A program made the position numbers and the translations under genes. From assembly GCF_009914755.1 (NCBI RefSeq), contig NC_060928.1: a stretch of DNA of 64,000 nucleotides; one strand, 5' to 3'. Position 1 is the stretch's first letter. Each line of letters opens with the position of its first letter. Shown piece after piece: positions 1 through 16,410 of the stretch. The notes beneath the pieces were generated by a model. It was given only the letters and a program-made list of their open reading frames with translations. It was not told the origin of the DNA and ran no database searches. The DNA is from the human T2T-CHM13v2.0 reference genome, Homo sapiens.

Positions 1-3000
1 GCTGCCCAGGTAGGTACTCACCTCACCTTTAGAGCTAACCTTAAGGAATCAGCTGCTTTGTCTCAGTGTCTGAGTCTCCAGTTTATTCATCTGTGGGGCA
101 GCTCCTTCCCAGAGAAATCTAAGTTCAGCGAAATTTGGTTAATATAATTCATTTAAGGCAATCACATAGTCATTATATCAGAACTGTGCTCCAATCCCTA
201 ATTTTTATGTTTTTGAGAAGTATATTCACATTAAGCAAAAATTAAACACAATGATAAGGAAATACCCAATTGTCTTCCTCACCCTGGAGTAAAATTCCCT
301 AACCTACTGAAAAGAATGTAGATTGAACAGCAGCTGTGTGACTGCATTAGGGCTCTAATATGCAGTGGAAGTCACTGAAATACAGTGGCTTAGTGAACTA
401 CCTCTGATGTCCAGGGCCTGACTGTCAAACCTCAACTCTAGCATATGTCTATCATGTGACCTTAGGCAGGTCAATTTGCCAGTCTTAGTGTCTCAGTTTC
501 CTCATCTACAGTGTTCACGTCACAGGGTTACTATGAGGGTATAATGGCTTCAACTATATCCAGTGATTAGAATCAGCACTTATTAAACACTCAATAGCTA
601 TTAGCTATTATTGATGGTTCTGTCCCATTTCCTATGTGCAGCACTTAAGCTGAAGATGAATTTCTTTTTGGTTCAAGATGCTGCTGTCTCCTCAAAAGAG
701 AGATTCCAAACCCAACCAGAGCAGTGAGAGCATCCTCATCCCATGGTTTGGTTCCTATATCGGAAACACCTCCCTTCGCTGGTTTCCTACTGGATCATAA
801 GCCAAAACTACCTTCTTATTTTTCAGAATTCTTGACCAACTAAGTTGCCCCCTGACCACACAGACATCTGCTTTTCCTAGTTCACTCAGTGCTTCTAACC
901 CTGGTCCCTACCACATGTGCTGTTAAGAATGACATGATGTAGGGGGCTCTTTCCATACCCAGCTCTCTGGACCACAATCTCCAAGCCACAGAACCAGGCT
1001 CTCTTCCTTTCCAAAGCTCACCCCAAACTTTCCACTTTGCTTTGTATGATGATTGTGGCTCAGCTCTGCACATGTGGACTCTGGATATGTTTCCAGCTTC
1101 TTGACTTTTCTTGGAACTGAATTGAAAGTTTATTTTACTTTGCTCTTTCATAATTTTTATTTTTCTGAGTTTGACAGTATATAGAGTCACTTATTTTTTA
1201 AAGCTTCTAAATTCTTGTTGTTGTTGTTGTTTTCCTATTGGAACCAGCATTAGGAGATACTTTCATATGAAATAAGAATTCAACTTAATGGTTCACTAAC
1301 TGCTTTGGTGCTGGCTTCACGAAGCTTCTCAGGTTGGGAATCCACTGGTCATTCACATCCAGCCAAGGGCCACACCACAGTAGCTCAGTGAGATCTCTCT
1401 ACCCTGCAGAAATGTTCAAATGTTGGAAGAGCCTTTTAAGAGTATCACATTTTCTTCAAAGTAGTAATAGCACCTCCTACATTTAAGCCTTCATAGTCTG
1501 TATTCTCAAACTCTGGGATTCTAAGAAGATAATTAATAAAGATTAAGAAGTTGTATGAAAGGAACTAGAAATTCAAATCCCAGTTACTAGCTGAGAAACA
1601 CTAAGTCTTTCTCCTTCTTCTTTATCCATCATATATATAAAGTGGGGATAGGGATGTCTGTGTCACAGGACCATAGGAAAGATTAATGATAATATGAGCA
1701 AGGTGCCCACAGCCATGAGTGGTCCATAAAAGGTGCTTAATCAAGAATTATAATTATTAATATTTTCCATCTTTCAGGTAGGTGTAACTTATTTTCCTGT
1801 GGTGAGTCTGCACTTCCTTTGCTTTTGACTGGCAATTTATGAGCTGAGTATCCTGACACTGGTTAGCTCATGCTGACCGAGAGCTCTGATCAACAGTTAT
1901 AGATGTCTGTACTTGAAATCAAGAAAATAAATTATTTCAGGGGGTATGGTGGACCAAATATTTCACAAGATGAAGCCCACAGGTGAAAGATTACACAAGT
2001 GTGTGATGACAAGTAGGTATTATTAAAGAGGTGGGGTTTGGAGGTCAGTGTCTGACCACCAGTAAGCCTGTGAACTGCTCTCAGATTTGGGCTCATCATC
2101 TGAGAAATGAAGATAATATATTCTGCCTTCCCCAGAGTTATTGTGATGACAGACATTTAGATAATACATAAAATTCCTAGCACTAGCCCAAGACACAGTA
2201 GGGTCACCACAAATGATCATTCTCAACTTTCCCTTTGTGGTAAAATGGTGGGAAGCACAGTTCCACCCCCACACTTGCTCACTAATGCACACACACATGG
2301 GAAGGAGTTTTATTCCCGAGAATGACGGTGCCATATATCACTAATAGCGGGTGATTAGGTTAGGCTGCAATCCTGAGTCCAGGGGATTCAGTGCCTGCTT
2401 CCAGAGATCTAAATCTCATAACTAAACAGGAGGCCACTCTTCAAATTACTTCAGAAAGCATTTTTCATTTTTTTCTTCTATGGGCATTATTAACTTTTAA
2501 AATGTACTTTGTTTTAGCTGAGTGCATCCCAGCCTCCTCTGCTAGCCACCACCTCGCCTCTTGTACTGATGGTCTCCTCACATCCTCACGAAGCTCGTTT
2601 TTGTGTCCATCAGCATTCAAAATCTCCCCTTTCTGACCTTGCAAGAAAAGTGCTTCTAAGAGCTGGGAGAGGAGTGGGCTGGGAAAAAAGGCTCAGAATT
2701 ATCCTGGCTGAATTTGGCATTTGCTACAGTCTTTGATCTCGGATGCAGTAACGTGTCAGCCAGACCAAAGTCATTTTATATAGAGGTCTGCATAAGCGAA
2801 GTGGAGGGACTTCATGGTTAATTGATTAAAATGGTCCAAAGAAGGTGTGAGATCAAAGGGCTGCTCACTGGTTTTATGTTTCCCTGGGGTCCCGCAGGCC
2901 AAGTGGGTGACACAAATGACCTTGGGCGTGAGGGTATTCAAATGCTGGTGTTTGTTTGTTTTATTCCAAAACACAATTTGTGTTTCCCAGGGCTTCCTGA

Positions 3001-3667
3001 TGACAGGTTGTATTGTGGGCTCCCCATGGCCCTCATCTATGTTTAGGGGGGCCTCAAGTGGAACAGCAACCATGAGCAGGAGGGCATGACCCTGTCATGC
3101 TGCCACCAGTGCCTCTTTCTGCCAAACCCCAAGGAAAAAGACTCCATTACATTACTGGAAGGCGAAGACCACAATTTTCTCTTTATCTTTTTTTTTTCTT
3201 ATTTCCAGTAAGGGTCAAGAAAATGTTGTCACAGTGCAGGATCAAGTGCCTGGACCTGAGACAAAAGGGAGGCTAGAAAATGTTTCATTGTTCCAAACTG
3301 TCCTGATAAGAGCCAGAGGAATCTGCTGGGCAAACGTGTCTATCAAAAGGCTCCAGGGATTAAAAACGTAGCACAGAAGGAAGAAGTAATAGTAAGAGAG
3401 GATCTGCTGCCCAGAGAAGCATCATCAACTATCATTGGTGACACTGAGCATTAGCAATGGAATAACTGTTACCGTTTATCAAGTTGCTGCAATTTATCAG
3501 GCACTAGCTAGTGCTAAGTGTAGCACATCCCTCGCAAATTCTCATTAATCTTACTTCCTAATAGACAGAACTGAGGCCAGAGACCATAAAGATCCCTTCA
3601 GATCACAACTTGAGCTTGGATTTGAAATCGTGTTGGTCTGGCTCTGAAGTACACACCTCCATCATCC

Positions 3668-3993
3668 TGTGATGGGCCTAATTGTGTCCACCAAAAATTC
3701 ATGGGTTGAAGCACCAATCCCAAGTTCCTCAGAATGTGACTGCAATTACAGGGAAGGCTTTAAAGAGGTAATTAAGTTAGGATGAGGTCCCTAGAGTGGT
3801 CCTACTTCATTACAACTGGCATCCTTAGAAGAAGAGAAAATTTGGACACAAACTGGTACAGAAGGAAGACCCGGTGAAGGCAGAGAGGAGACAACCATCT
3901 ACAAGCCAAGGAGAGAAGCCTCAGAAGATATCGACCCTGCTGAAACCTTGATCTTAGACTTCTAGCCTCCAGAACTTTGAGAAAGTAAGTTTC
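3668..3993 (+). mobile_element. MaLR LTR (MLT1A/B-like), 5' part, interrupted by the L1-mediated insertion
   Basis: Starts TGTGATGGGCCTAATTGTGTCC and carries typical MLT1 motifs (ccaaggagagaagcctcag, ccttgatcttagacttctagcctccagaact). Breaks after AGAAAGTAAGTTTC and resumes at 7508. Confidence 0.8.
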
Positions 3994-4110
3994 ATCCTCC
4001 TTCAAATGGCTTCCAGATTGCGAGGTGGCTGCCATCCACTCCATGTCTGCATGCCATGGAGCAACAAGGGAGCAGGAAAAGGGTGAAGTGTGTTTATTTG
4101 GTAAAAGACA

Positions 4111-4325
4111 CTGTATTCGTTTCCTATTGCTGCCGTACTGAATTTTCACAAAACTTAAAGCAAAACAACAGCGGCTAAAAACAATGCACATTTGTTATCT
4201 TACTGTTCTGGAGACAGGAAGTGCTTTGTTAGGAGGAATGGACTCCCTCTGGAGGCCTTAGGGGAGAATCTGGTTCCTTGCCTTTTCCAGCTCTAGAAGC
4301 CACCCTCATTTGTTGGCTTGTGGAC
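4111..4325 (-). mobile_element. MLT1 (MLT1C-like) LTR 3' fragment inside the transduced segment
   Basis: tgtattcgtttcctattgctgcc...ctgttctggag...ggggagaatc...ccttttccagctctagaagcc is a recognisable antisense MLT1 end, cut off by the L1 tail. Confidence 0.65.
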
Positions 4326-7216
<2,891 letters not shown>

Positions 7217-7507
7217 TCAGAGCAGAAGAAAAGAGTCTTGGTTCCTGATGAGCCACCAGCCCTCAGATGCTCATCCCTGAACTTCCTGTCACACAAAACA
7301 AAGGAAATGTGTTGTGTTTAAGTCACTATACTAGGATTTTGTGTAGTAATGTGTCAGAGCTGACTCTCATCAACTTCTGAAAGGTAATTGTTAAATTTTT
7401 CAGAACTTTATAGTCAATTGTTAACACAGACGTTATTAAAAATTAAGTTGTGGAATCTTACAATTAAATTATATTTAAAATGAAAAAAAAAAAAGAAAGT
7501 AAGTTTC

Positions 7508-7570
7508 TGTTGCTAAGCCACCCAGTCTGTGGTCCTTTGTTATGGCAGCCCTGAGAAAAGCTAATGCATA
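7508..7570 (+). mobile_element. 3' end of the MLT1A/B-like LTR that begins at 3668
   Basis: tgttgctaagccacccagtctgtggtcctttgttatggcagccc is the expected continuation of the LTR after the TSD. Confidence 0.8.
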
Positions 7571-9000
7571 CCCTTAGGCTATGTCTAATTTCCCAGAGGA
7601 ATGACCCAGGAAGGCAGGTGCTTAAGAAATGCCCTTACATTTCCAACTTGCTGGGTGTAAGACACAAACAATGCAGTTATCAAAGAATTATGTTTGTGCG
7701 GTTTTTTTGGGGGGAGTGGTAATCGAGTACATTTCCTGCTGAAATAATATTGTTTTTTCTATGTGTGAAACATAGTGAGAATTTTACATCCTTTTAGAAG
7801 CCGTCTATAACCCCACAGCACCCGAATAATTTAGACGAGTCTTTTTTTGCTATCTGAATATCTGATGTGTCTCTCCTCCCTAACACTTAGCACCGCTCTC
7901 TATAGTTACTAACTCTCTGCATCCTACACTGTAAATACTTTGAGATCTTGAATTTGTCTTTTTCAGCTTTATGTTCCCAGGAACAAGTAACAAGCTTTAT
8001 TCAGGAGAGTTACATGAAACAATGAAGGTAGAAAGACAGACATATCTGAATGAGGACATACATTACCATGATTATCTAGTCAGAGCCACTGTCCTGCCAG
8101 TCAACTCAAGATGACATTCCTAGAGTTAAGAACACAAAGAAAGGGCTCGGGTTACTAAATGAATGAGCATGTGGATTTTTTATCTTGTTGGAAGAAATGA
8201 CAATCTAGGTACTTAACACTCAGAAAGCAGGAAAAAAAAAAAAGGCAGTAAGTAGGCAGAAAGGAGCTGGGAGAAGGGAAGCCAGGCAACATGGCTGCCA
8301 AGGGCCCCAGTCCAAAGTGGGCAAGATGTGGGTGAGGTGATGACCAGGGTGGGTCCCTCAGCCTGGCAAGGCTGACACCAAAGCCCATGCTAACACCCAC
8401 CACTCTGTCATCTTCCAGGGCACTGTAATTTTAGAGACTTATATACACCTCACACTTTTCCCTTTTCTTCTTTTCTCTTGTCCTTTTCTCTCTTTTTTCC
8501 TCCAGTTTTGCCTTTTTATATCCCTTAGAATTTAGTGAACACTCTGTTGGAAACACCAGCCTTCTTCATTTGTGCTCAGATAAAACTGTGGACTGTAGCT
8601 GTGTTGATGTAGAGTCTGGCATTTTCAACAAAGAGCAGGCTTCTTGTACGGGAAGAGAGCTATGAATCCCCAAAGCAAAAGGCCCACCTTGCTTCTTCAA
8701 CAGCCACACCAAACTTGTCCTGCTTTGCTAAAAACTACAGAGAGCTATGTGTTTTGTCTTAATAAAAGTGACCCTGTTCTTCTGTGTGAATCTTAAAGAT
8801 CAGTGTTACAAGTTCTCAACAGCTGTCTGTGGGTGGGGTGTCAGCTAAGGAAGGGCTATTTTTAGATTTTAGTCAGGTAAATATATGAATAAGGTTACCA
8901 CATAGCTTCTAGGACCCCTTTCCTTCTCACTTGGCTCTTGTTCCTCTGTTACCCAAGCTGGAACATTTGGACTGTGGATTTCACTATGACAGTCTGTATC

Positions 9001-9509
9001 TGTGATGGTTAATACTGAACTTGATTGGATTGAAGGGTACAAAGTATTGATTCTGGGTGTGTCTCTGAGGATGTTGCCAAAGGAGATTAACATTTGAGTC
9101 AGTGGGCTGGGAAAGGCAGACCCACCCTTAAACTGGGTGGGCACCATCTAATCAGCTGCCAGCATGGCTATAATATAAAGCAGGCAGAAAAACGTGAAAA
9201 GACTAGACTGGCCTAGCCTTCCAGCCTACATCTTTCTCCTGTGCTGGATGCTTCCTGCCCTTGAACATTGGACTCCAAGTTCTTCAGTTTTGGGACTCAG
9301 ACTGGCTCTCCTTGCTCCTCAGCTTGCAGACGGCATATGGTGTGACCTTGTGATCCTGTGAGTTAATACTTAATATACTCATATATATATATACATATAT
9401 ATATATATCCTATTAGTATATATATTAGTGTATATATATATCCTATCATATATATATGTATGTATATATTTTATTAGTTCTTTCCCTCTAGAGAATCCAG
9501 ACTAATACA
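9001..9509 (+). mobile_element. ERVL solo LTR (MLT2A-like) with internal (TA)n
   Basis: Runs from TGTGATGGTTAATACTG to CTAATACA, with 5-bp TSD GTATC at 8996-9000 and 9510-9514. Confidence 0.9.
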
Positions 9510-10054
9510 GTATCTTCTCTTTTACAGTTTTAGAACCTGCCAAGGAAGGGTATGCAGAATTTTGCAGTGCCTTTTACAAGCTGTGCTAAATCCAGTGTCC
9601 ATGCCACATTCCTTTTCATTGATATAAAGGCAACTCGAAGATGGGATACTATTGACAAGGGGTCACAAGTACCCTCCACTCATTTCTCTATGCGGCCATC
9701 CCATGAACAGTCACTGCACAAGAACTCCATTGGCTCTGTTGGATGCCATGCTAAGAACAGGATGGACACCAAAGAGTAAAGCTCAACAGATCCAGATCCA
9801 AAGTAGCAAACAAGCCAGGGGTGGAGACTTCAAATCCTAAACAGTAATGCAAGGGTTCCACAGACATAAAATATCACAAACATAAGTCTTTAGACGCAAC
9901 TTTTGATTCTGTACCAAGAAAATGACATGGACAAGAAATAAAACATTTCATGATAGAGTCAGGTTTAAAGCTGCTGTTTGTGTGGATCAGCAGAAGGAAC
10001 ATTTTTAACAGGGGTAATAGTAAATGGGCAAAGGAAGTCCCGCAAGAAATAATT

Positions 10055-10715
<661 letters not shown>

Positions 10716-10751
10716 CAGTAAAAATGGAAGAAAATGAGGTGAAATGGTTCA

Positions 10752-11190
10752 TGTAGTGGGCTGAATAGTGTGCCCTCCACCAAACTCATTCAAGTGAATC
10801 TCAGAAAGTGACCTTATTTGGAAAAAAAAGGCTTTGCAAACTTAAGTAGTTAAGATGAGGTCATAATGGACTATAGTGGGCTCTAAATCCAATGAATGAT
10901 ATTATTGGGGGGAAAAAAAAGAAGAGAGGATACATAAAGAGACACAGGTCAGAAGGCCATGTGAAGATGGAGGAAGAGATTTGAGCAAAGCTCAGGAGTG
11001 CCAAGAGATGCTGGGAGCCCCCAAGAGTTAGGAAGACTCAAGGAAGGATTCTTCCCTAGAGCCTCCAGATGGAGCATGGTCCTGCTGACACCTCGATTCT
11101 AGCCTCAAAAGCTGTGAAAAATGAATTTATCTTGTTTTAAGTCCCGTGTTTCTAATAATTTGTTATGGAAACCTTGGTAAACTAATGCAG
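10752..11190 (+). mobile_element. MaLR LTR (MLT1B/C-like)
   Basis: tgtagtgggctgaatagtg...gtgaccttatttggaaa...aaggattcttccctagagcctccag...ttgttatgg. Confidence 0.8.
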
Positions 11191-11194
11191 TTAG

Positions 11195-11430
11195 GATCAT
11201 GCAGATTAAGAGTCTCACTCTGTAATTAGATGCACCAGGAGTTATATCACAGCTCTGCCACTTCCTAGCTGGGAGACTTTGGACAGGTCAACTTCTCCAC
11301 ACTTTAACTTCCTTAGCTATAATATGGATAGATAATACCTATCACATGTGGCTTCTGTGAGAATTAAATGAACTAAAATATACAATGTGCTTCACATTGT
11401 ACCTGACACAGAGTAAGCACTCCAACCATG
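11195..11430. mobile_element. MIR SINE
   Basis: Decayed MIR core: gctctgccacttcctagctgggagactttggacaggtca...gtgagaattaaatga...acctgacacagagtaagcactc. Confidence 0.7.
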
Positions 11431-11559
11431 TTTCTTATAATCTCTACTCTCATTATTTTTAATAATATCACACTGAGTTTTCTCTGTATTTGAAGTACTA
11501 TGATGGATGCTACAGGCAATATAAAATTTAATAAAATATTTCTTACCCTTAAATTACTT

Positions 11560-12060
11560 TCTTAGTCAGCTCAGGCTACTATAAAAAATACCACAGACTA
11601 GGTAGATTAACAACAGATATTTATTGCTCACAGTTTTGGAGGCTCAAAGTCCAAGATCAAAATGCTGGCAGATTTGGTTCCTGGTGGAGGCCAGATTCCT
11701 GGTTTGTAAATAACCACCTTCTCACTTCCAGCTCACATGGCTTTTTCAATGCTTGGGCATATGGAGAGATAGGGAGAGAGGGAGAGAGGAGTGAGAGGAG
11801 AAAGAGGAGGGAGAGAGGGAGAGAAGAGAGGGACAGTGGACAAGAGGGAGAGAAGAAGGAGAGAGGGAGACGAGAGAAAGAAGGAGATACCTCTGTCTTC
11901 GTTATCTTATAAGGGCACAAATCCTATCATGCAAGTCACACCCTCATGATCTAATCTAAACCTAATCACCTCCCAAAGTCTCCACCTCCCAATACCATCC
12001 CATTGGCGGGTAGGGCTTCGACATATGAATTTAGGGGGTGGACACATTCAGCCCATAACA
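11560..12060 (-). mobile_element. MaLR LTR (MLT1A0-like) containing a GA-rich expansion at ~11763-11888
   Basis: MLT1A antisense motifs (ataccacagactaggt, aagtccaagatcaa, ccctcatgatctaatctaaacctaatcacctcccaaag) flank a polypurine tract. Confidence 0.8.
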
Positions 12061-13267
12061 ATTGCTAAAACTAAAAAGAATTCGATCATCCACACCTCCA
12101 CAGGGCACTACAGTGAAAACTTCAACAGAATGTTATCTATTGATCTTTTACGATAAATGTTAGATTTTCTAAAATAAAACCCATAAAATGACATTTCCTT
12201 TTCTCTAACATTCTCACTTCTATTTTATGCAGGAGGCTGCAAGGGTATGCAGACACTTGAGGGACCTCTTGTGTTAGAAAATGCAGGAAATGTTTGGCTC
12301 TAAGACTAGTTTTACTGGCAAAGAGCAAGTTGAGACACAGCTGAATACATCCAGTGGGGGAACAAAAAAAAAAAAAAAAATGTCTGGCAGGCCAGCATCA
12401 CCCAGACCAGGTTGGATCTTGATTGGTTTCTTAGGGTCATTGTTCAACTCTTGCCAGACTGTGCCTTTATGGATAAAGTCAAACTAAATATTTTAACAAG
12501 TGATTAAAAAACTGAATTTTCAAACCTGTTAAGTCATTGCTTCTTCCCATCCGGAAGAGACTGGGAGGCAGCTCTCCTGTCAAAGTCTGGCTGGTGAATT
12601 CCTCAGGGTCGCTCTCACAGCGCGCAGAGCTATTCATCATTTTAGCGAGCATCCTCAGAGGGGAGCCGCAGTGATTTACATGCTACAGATAAATTATGAT
12701 GCCTCTCATGATGTTATCATCATTTCAGCTCACGGATTTGAACACTTTCTGGGAGAGGACTTTTTTCACCCTTTCTTAAATGATGAACAACCCCCAGACA
12801 GATTATATTGTAGTTGTCAAGTTAAAAGATATAGGTAGGTATGTTTTCTTAAAGATAAACAGCTCAGCCACCACCGCTAGTCAGCCTAGCAACAGGAAAA
12901 CATTGTCTACTGAGAGTTAACTGTTTATCCCACCTGGAAAAGATCAAACTTTCCTGGTCTTTTATTCTATTTAATGATACATTTTCTCCTGTAGTTTTGC
13001 CTGGCTATTTTGTTTCTAACAGGATATAAGCTAGATCAAGCAAAAAGCCTGCTTCTTTATTCCAGTAAATTTGCAAAGTAGCACTGCTCAGCTTTAACTT
13101 CATTTTAACTTGAATAGTTCCAGTCTCCCATTCTGTCCCGTGCCACAAGCCAGTGGATGGAACAAAGATTTTCCTCTCTTCAACGCTATCTTGTAAGATT
13201 CACGTGGCTTCTGTGGATGGTGCACTCTACCAGGGTCTTGGGTACTAGAACATGCATTTCTAAAACC

Positions 13268-13770
13268 AGTATGGTAGGCCAAATAATACCTCCTTCTCAA
13301 TTATGCTCTAATCCCTGGAACCTGTGGAATGTGCTACCTGGCAGGAGGGAATTAAGGTTTCAGGTGGAATTAAGTTTGCTAATCACCTGTCCTTGAAGTG
13401 AAAAGATGAGCCTGGATTATCCAGGTGGGCCCAGTGTAATCACAGGAATCCTTAAAAGTGGAAGAGAGAGGCAGGACTTTCCCTTTGGAGGGATGTGATA
13501 TGAGAAAGGTTCTACTGACCATTACTGCCTTTGATGATGACAGGACAGCCACAAGCCAAGGAAAGTGAGCAGCCTCTAGTAGCTGCAAAAGGAAGGAAAA
13601 TGGATTTTTCCTGAGAACCTCCAGAAAGGAATGCAGCCCTGCCGACGCCTTGATTGCAGCCCAGTGAGAAACATTTCACGCTACTGACCCCCAGAACAGT
13701 AAAATAATGAATGTGTGTTGTTTTAAGCCACACGTTTGTGATAATTTGTTAAAGCAGAAATAGGAAACAT
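13268..13770 (+). mobile_element. MaLR LTR (MLT1D-like)
   Basis: ctaatccctggaacctgtg...ggattatccaggtgggcccagtgtaatcaca...cctccagaaaggaatgcagccctgccgac...ttttaagccac. Confidence 0.85.
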
Positions 13771-13821
13771 AGCAGAAAAGGAAGCATAAGATTTTAATTT
13801 TCTTTCATTTTGAACAACCAG

Positions 13822-14130
13822 CGTATCTTTGTTTGTGCTGCTATAACTAAATACCAATGACTGGGTAATGCATAAAGAACACAAATTTATTGTTTACAGT
13901 TCTGGAGGCTGAGAAGTCCAAGATCGAGGCACTGGCAGGTTCAATTGTCTCATGAGGGCAGCTCCTCCAGAGGGGAGGAACGCTGTGTGTTCACATGGCA
14001 GAAGGGCAAGTGAGTGAACTGTGTGAAGCTTCCTCTATAGGGGACTTAATACCATTCACAAGGGAGGAGCCCTAGCGGCCTCATTACCTCTTAAAGTCCC
14101 CATTGCTTAGTACTATCACATTGGCAATGC
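13822..14130 (-). mobile_element. MaLR LTR (MST-like)
   Basis: tttgtgctgctataactaaatacc...ttctggaggctgagaagtccaagatcgagg...cacatggcagaagg...tcattacctcttaaag. Confidence 0.75.
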
Positions 14131-14635
14131 CTGCAGTTTGGCTGAACGAAATGTTGTGTGTTGGCTGAATGAATGATTTGTGTCCAAATATCCCAAGGCA
14201 AACTCCCTCTCACTGTCAAAGTCACCGATTCCTCTTCAGTGCCCTGGCTTCTGAGTTCCCCTCTGTAGGGACTTCTCATTCTCCCTTCACTTGCACAACA
14301 GTTCACGACTAATATTTCTTAAGCTCCATTGAGCCAATCTGCTCACTTTGCCAGCTCAGCCCCTGCTCTGATTTTCTTAGTTGATCCTGCAGTACTTCAA
14401 AAGGAAGCAGTAAGGTATTTCCCACTTCCCTAGCCTCATTCCTACTCTTTGCTTTATACTTGGTGTTCAAACCCTCAAAAATGCTTGGGGCTTCCAAATA
14501 CATCATTTGTTTCATACAGTCATAACATGTGTGCTGATTGGAGGAGGGAGGTTGTTTGCTTTTTTAAGTGTGTGCTGGGAATGTTCCTGTTCTTTTGGTT
14601 CAGGTGACAAACTCATATTTGTCCTTCAAAAATTA

Positions 14636-14953
<318 letters not shown>

Positions 14954-16226
14954 TTAAACCATGTAGTACTCCCAGGAAAATTCTTTGATTTGTTAATGTT
15001 ATTCAAATCTTCTACTTTTAAGCTTCTTTACTATGTTATTGGCACACTTATTGCTCACTGTCTGTATAACTGTGCTTCCTCCTTTTCTACCCTCATTTTA
15101 GTGTCTACAACCTCATGTCTAAAAACAATGTGTATTACAGTAGGCTTGTATCCACTGTGTCATGAGTTAGTGAATAGGTCATATTTAAGAATTTTGTCTT
15201 TGGAATTTTAAAGTAAGAAGGCACTTGCACTTCATTAAGGAGAAAATACATAATTTTCACATAGGAGAAAAGAGACTTCTGTCATAGTGCCCTGAAATAT
15301 AGGAAGGCAAAACATCTGTATTTTTTAATAGTATATATTTTTCACGAACAAAGGTATCAGTATAGTGTTAGGAAAAAAATGTGTCTAAGTGTTTCCAGTT
15401 GTGAGGTTGGGGCTGAATTACTTAGTGTCTGGTATTCAATTCAGAGTAGATGTTTTATATGATTAAGATTTTATAATGTGTGTTCTTTAGTATAAAGAAA
15501 AGAGGAAAAACAAAAGAATTCCTAAAGCTAGTTAATTACATTTAATGGAATCGCTTAAATTACTGACTTGTTAGACAGTAGATTTTGAGGAAAACATTAC
15601 TACTATTACTTCCCCCTACCCACATATCTGCTAAAATCTCTTTGAAATGAACATAGGTTGAGAGGCAGAGGTTAAGGTCAAGTTTATATAACTGAATCAT
15701 CTGACTAGATGATTATTTTGGCTGTCCTCATGATTGATTTTTCTGTGTCATTCAGAATTAATCAGGAGAAAACTCAGGTAATCAGATCAGCTGAGCCAAG
15801 CCTGGTTCGATGACCATATGTGACATGGCTAAGGAGTTATTTCTTCACATGCCATGTCCACTGATCATCAACCAAAAGGGGAATCATTGGGTTTTCCTCT
15901 GGGACCTGTGATTAAGTGGAGAGAGGGGAACTCAGTTTTAGTTGCATTAGAGTCTAAAGGAAACAGCAACTATGCACTTTGCAAATGGTCAAGATCATGG
16001 AACTTGTTTTCAGGATATTCTGGGTTGATAATTTGAAACCAGAGTTCATGACGGCTTTATTTTCAGTGAGGTAAATATTCCTAGAGATTCTAATTATTTT
16101 GTGAGTATCTCTTCATTAGAGAAGAACAGTCCATGAATCACAAAGAAAATATTCTTGCTAATATTATTTAAAAGAAATCCTGTATTAAAAGAGTTTGCAA
16201 AGATGTAAACCTTGACAGACGAGCAC

Positions 16227-16410
16227 TAGGTTGTCAGATTTAGCAAATAAAAATATAGGACATTCAGTTAAACTTGAATTTCAGATAAACCACAAGTTTT
16301 CAAGTACAAAGCTTTCCCATATATTGCATGAGAGATACTTTTGCTTAAAACCATGTGGTTTATCTGATATTTAAATTTAGCTGGACATCTCCGTGTTATC
16401 TGGCAAACTT
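16227..16410. mobile_element. MER53-like hAT DNA transposon remnant
   Basis: taggttgtcagatttagcaaataaaaatatagg...tatctggcaaac, with terminal inverted character. Confidence 0.7.

Noticed and set aside
9380-9470. (TA)n self-complementary stretch
   Set aside because: An ordinary microsatellite expansion within an MLT2A LTR.
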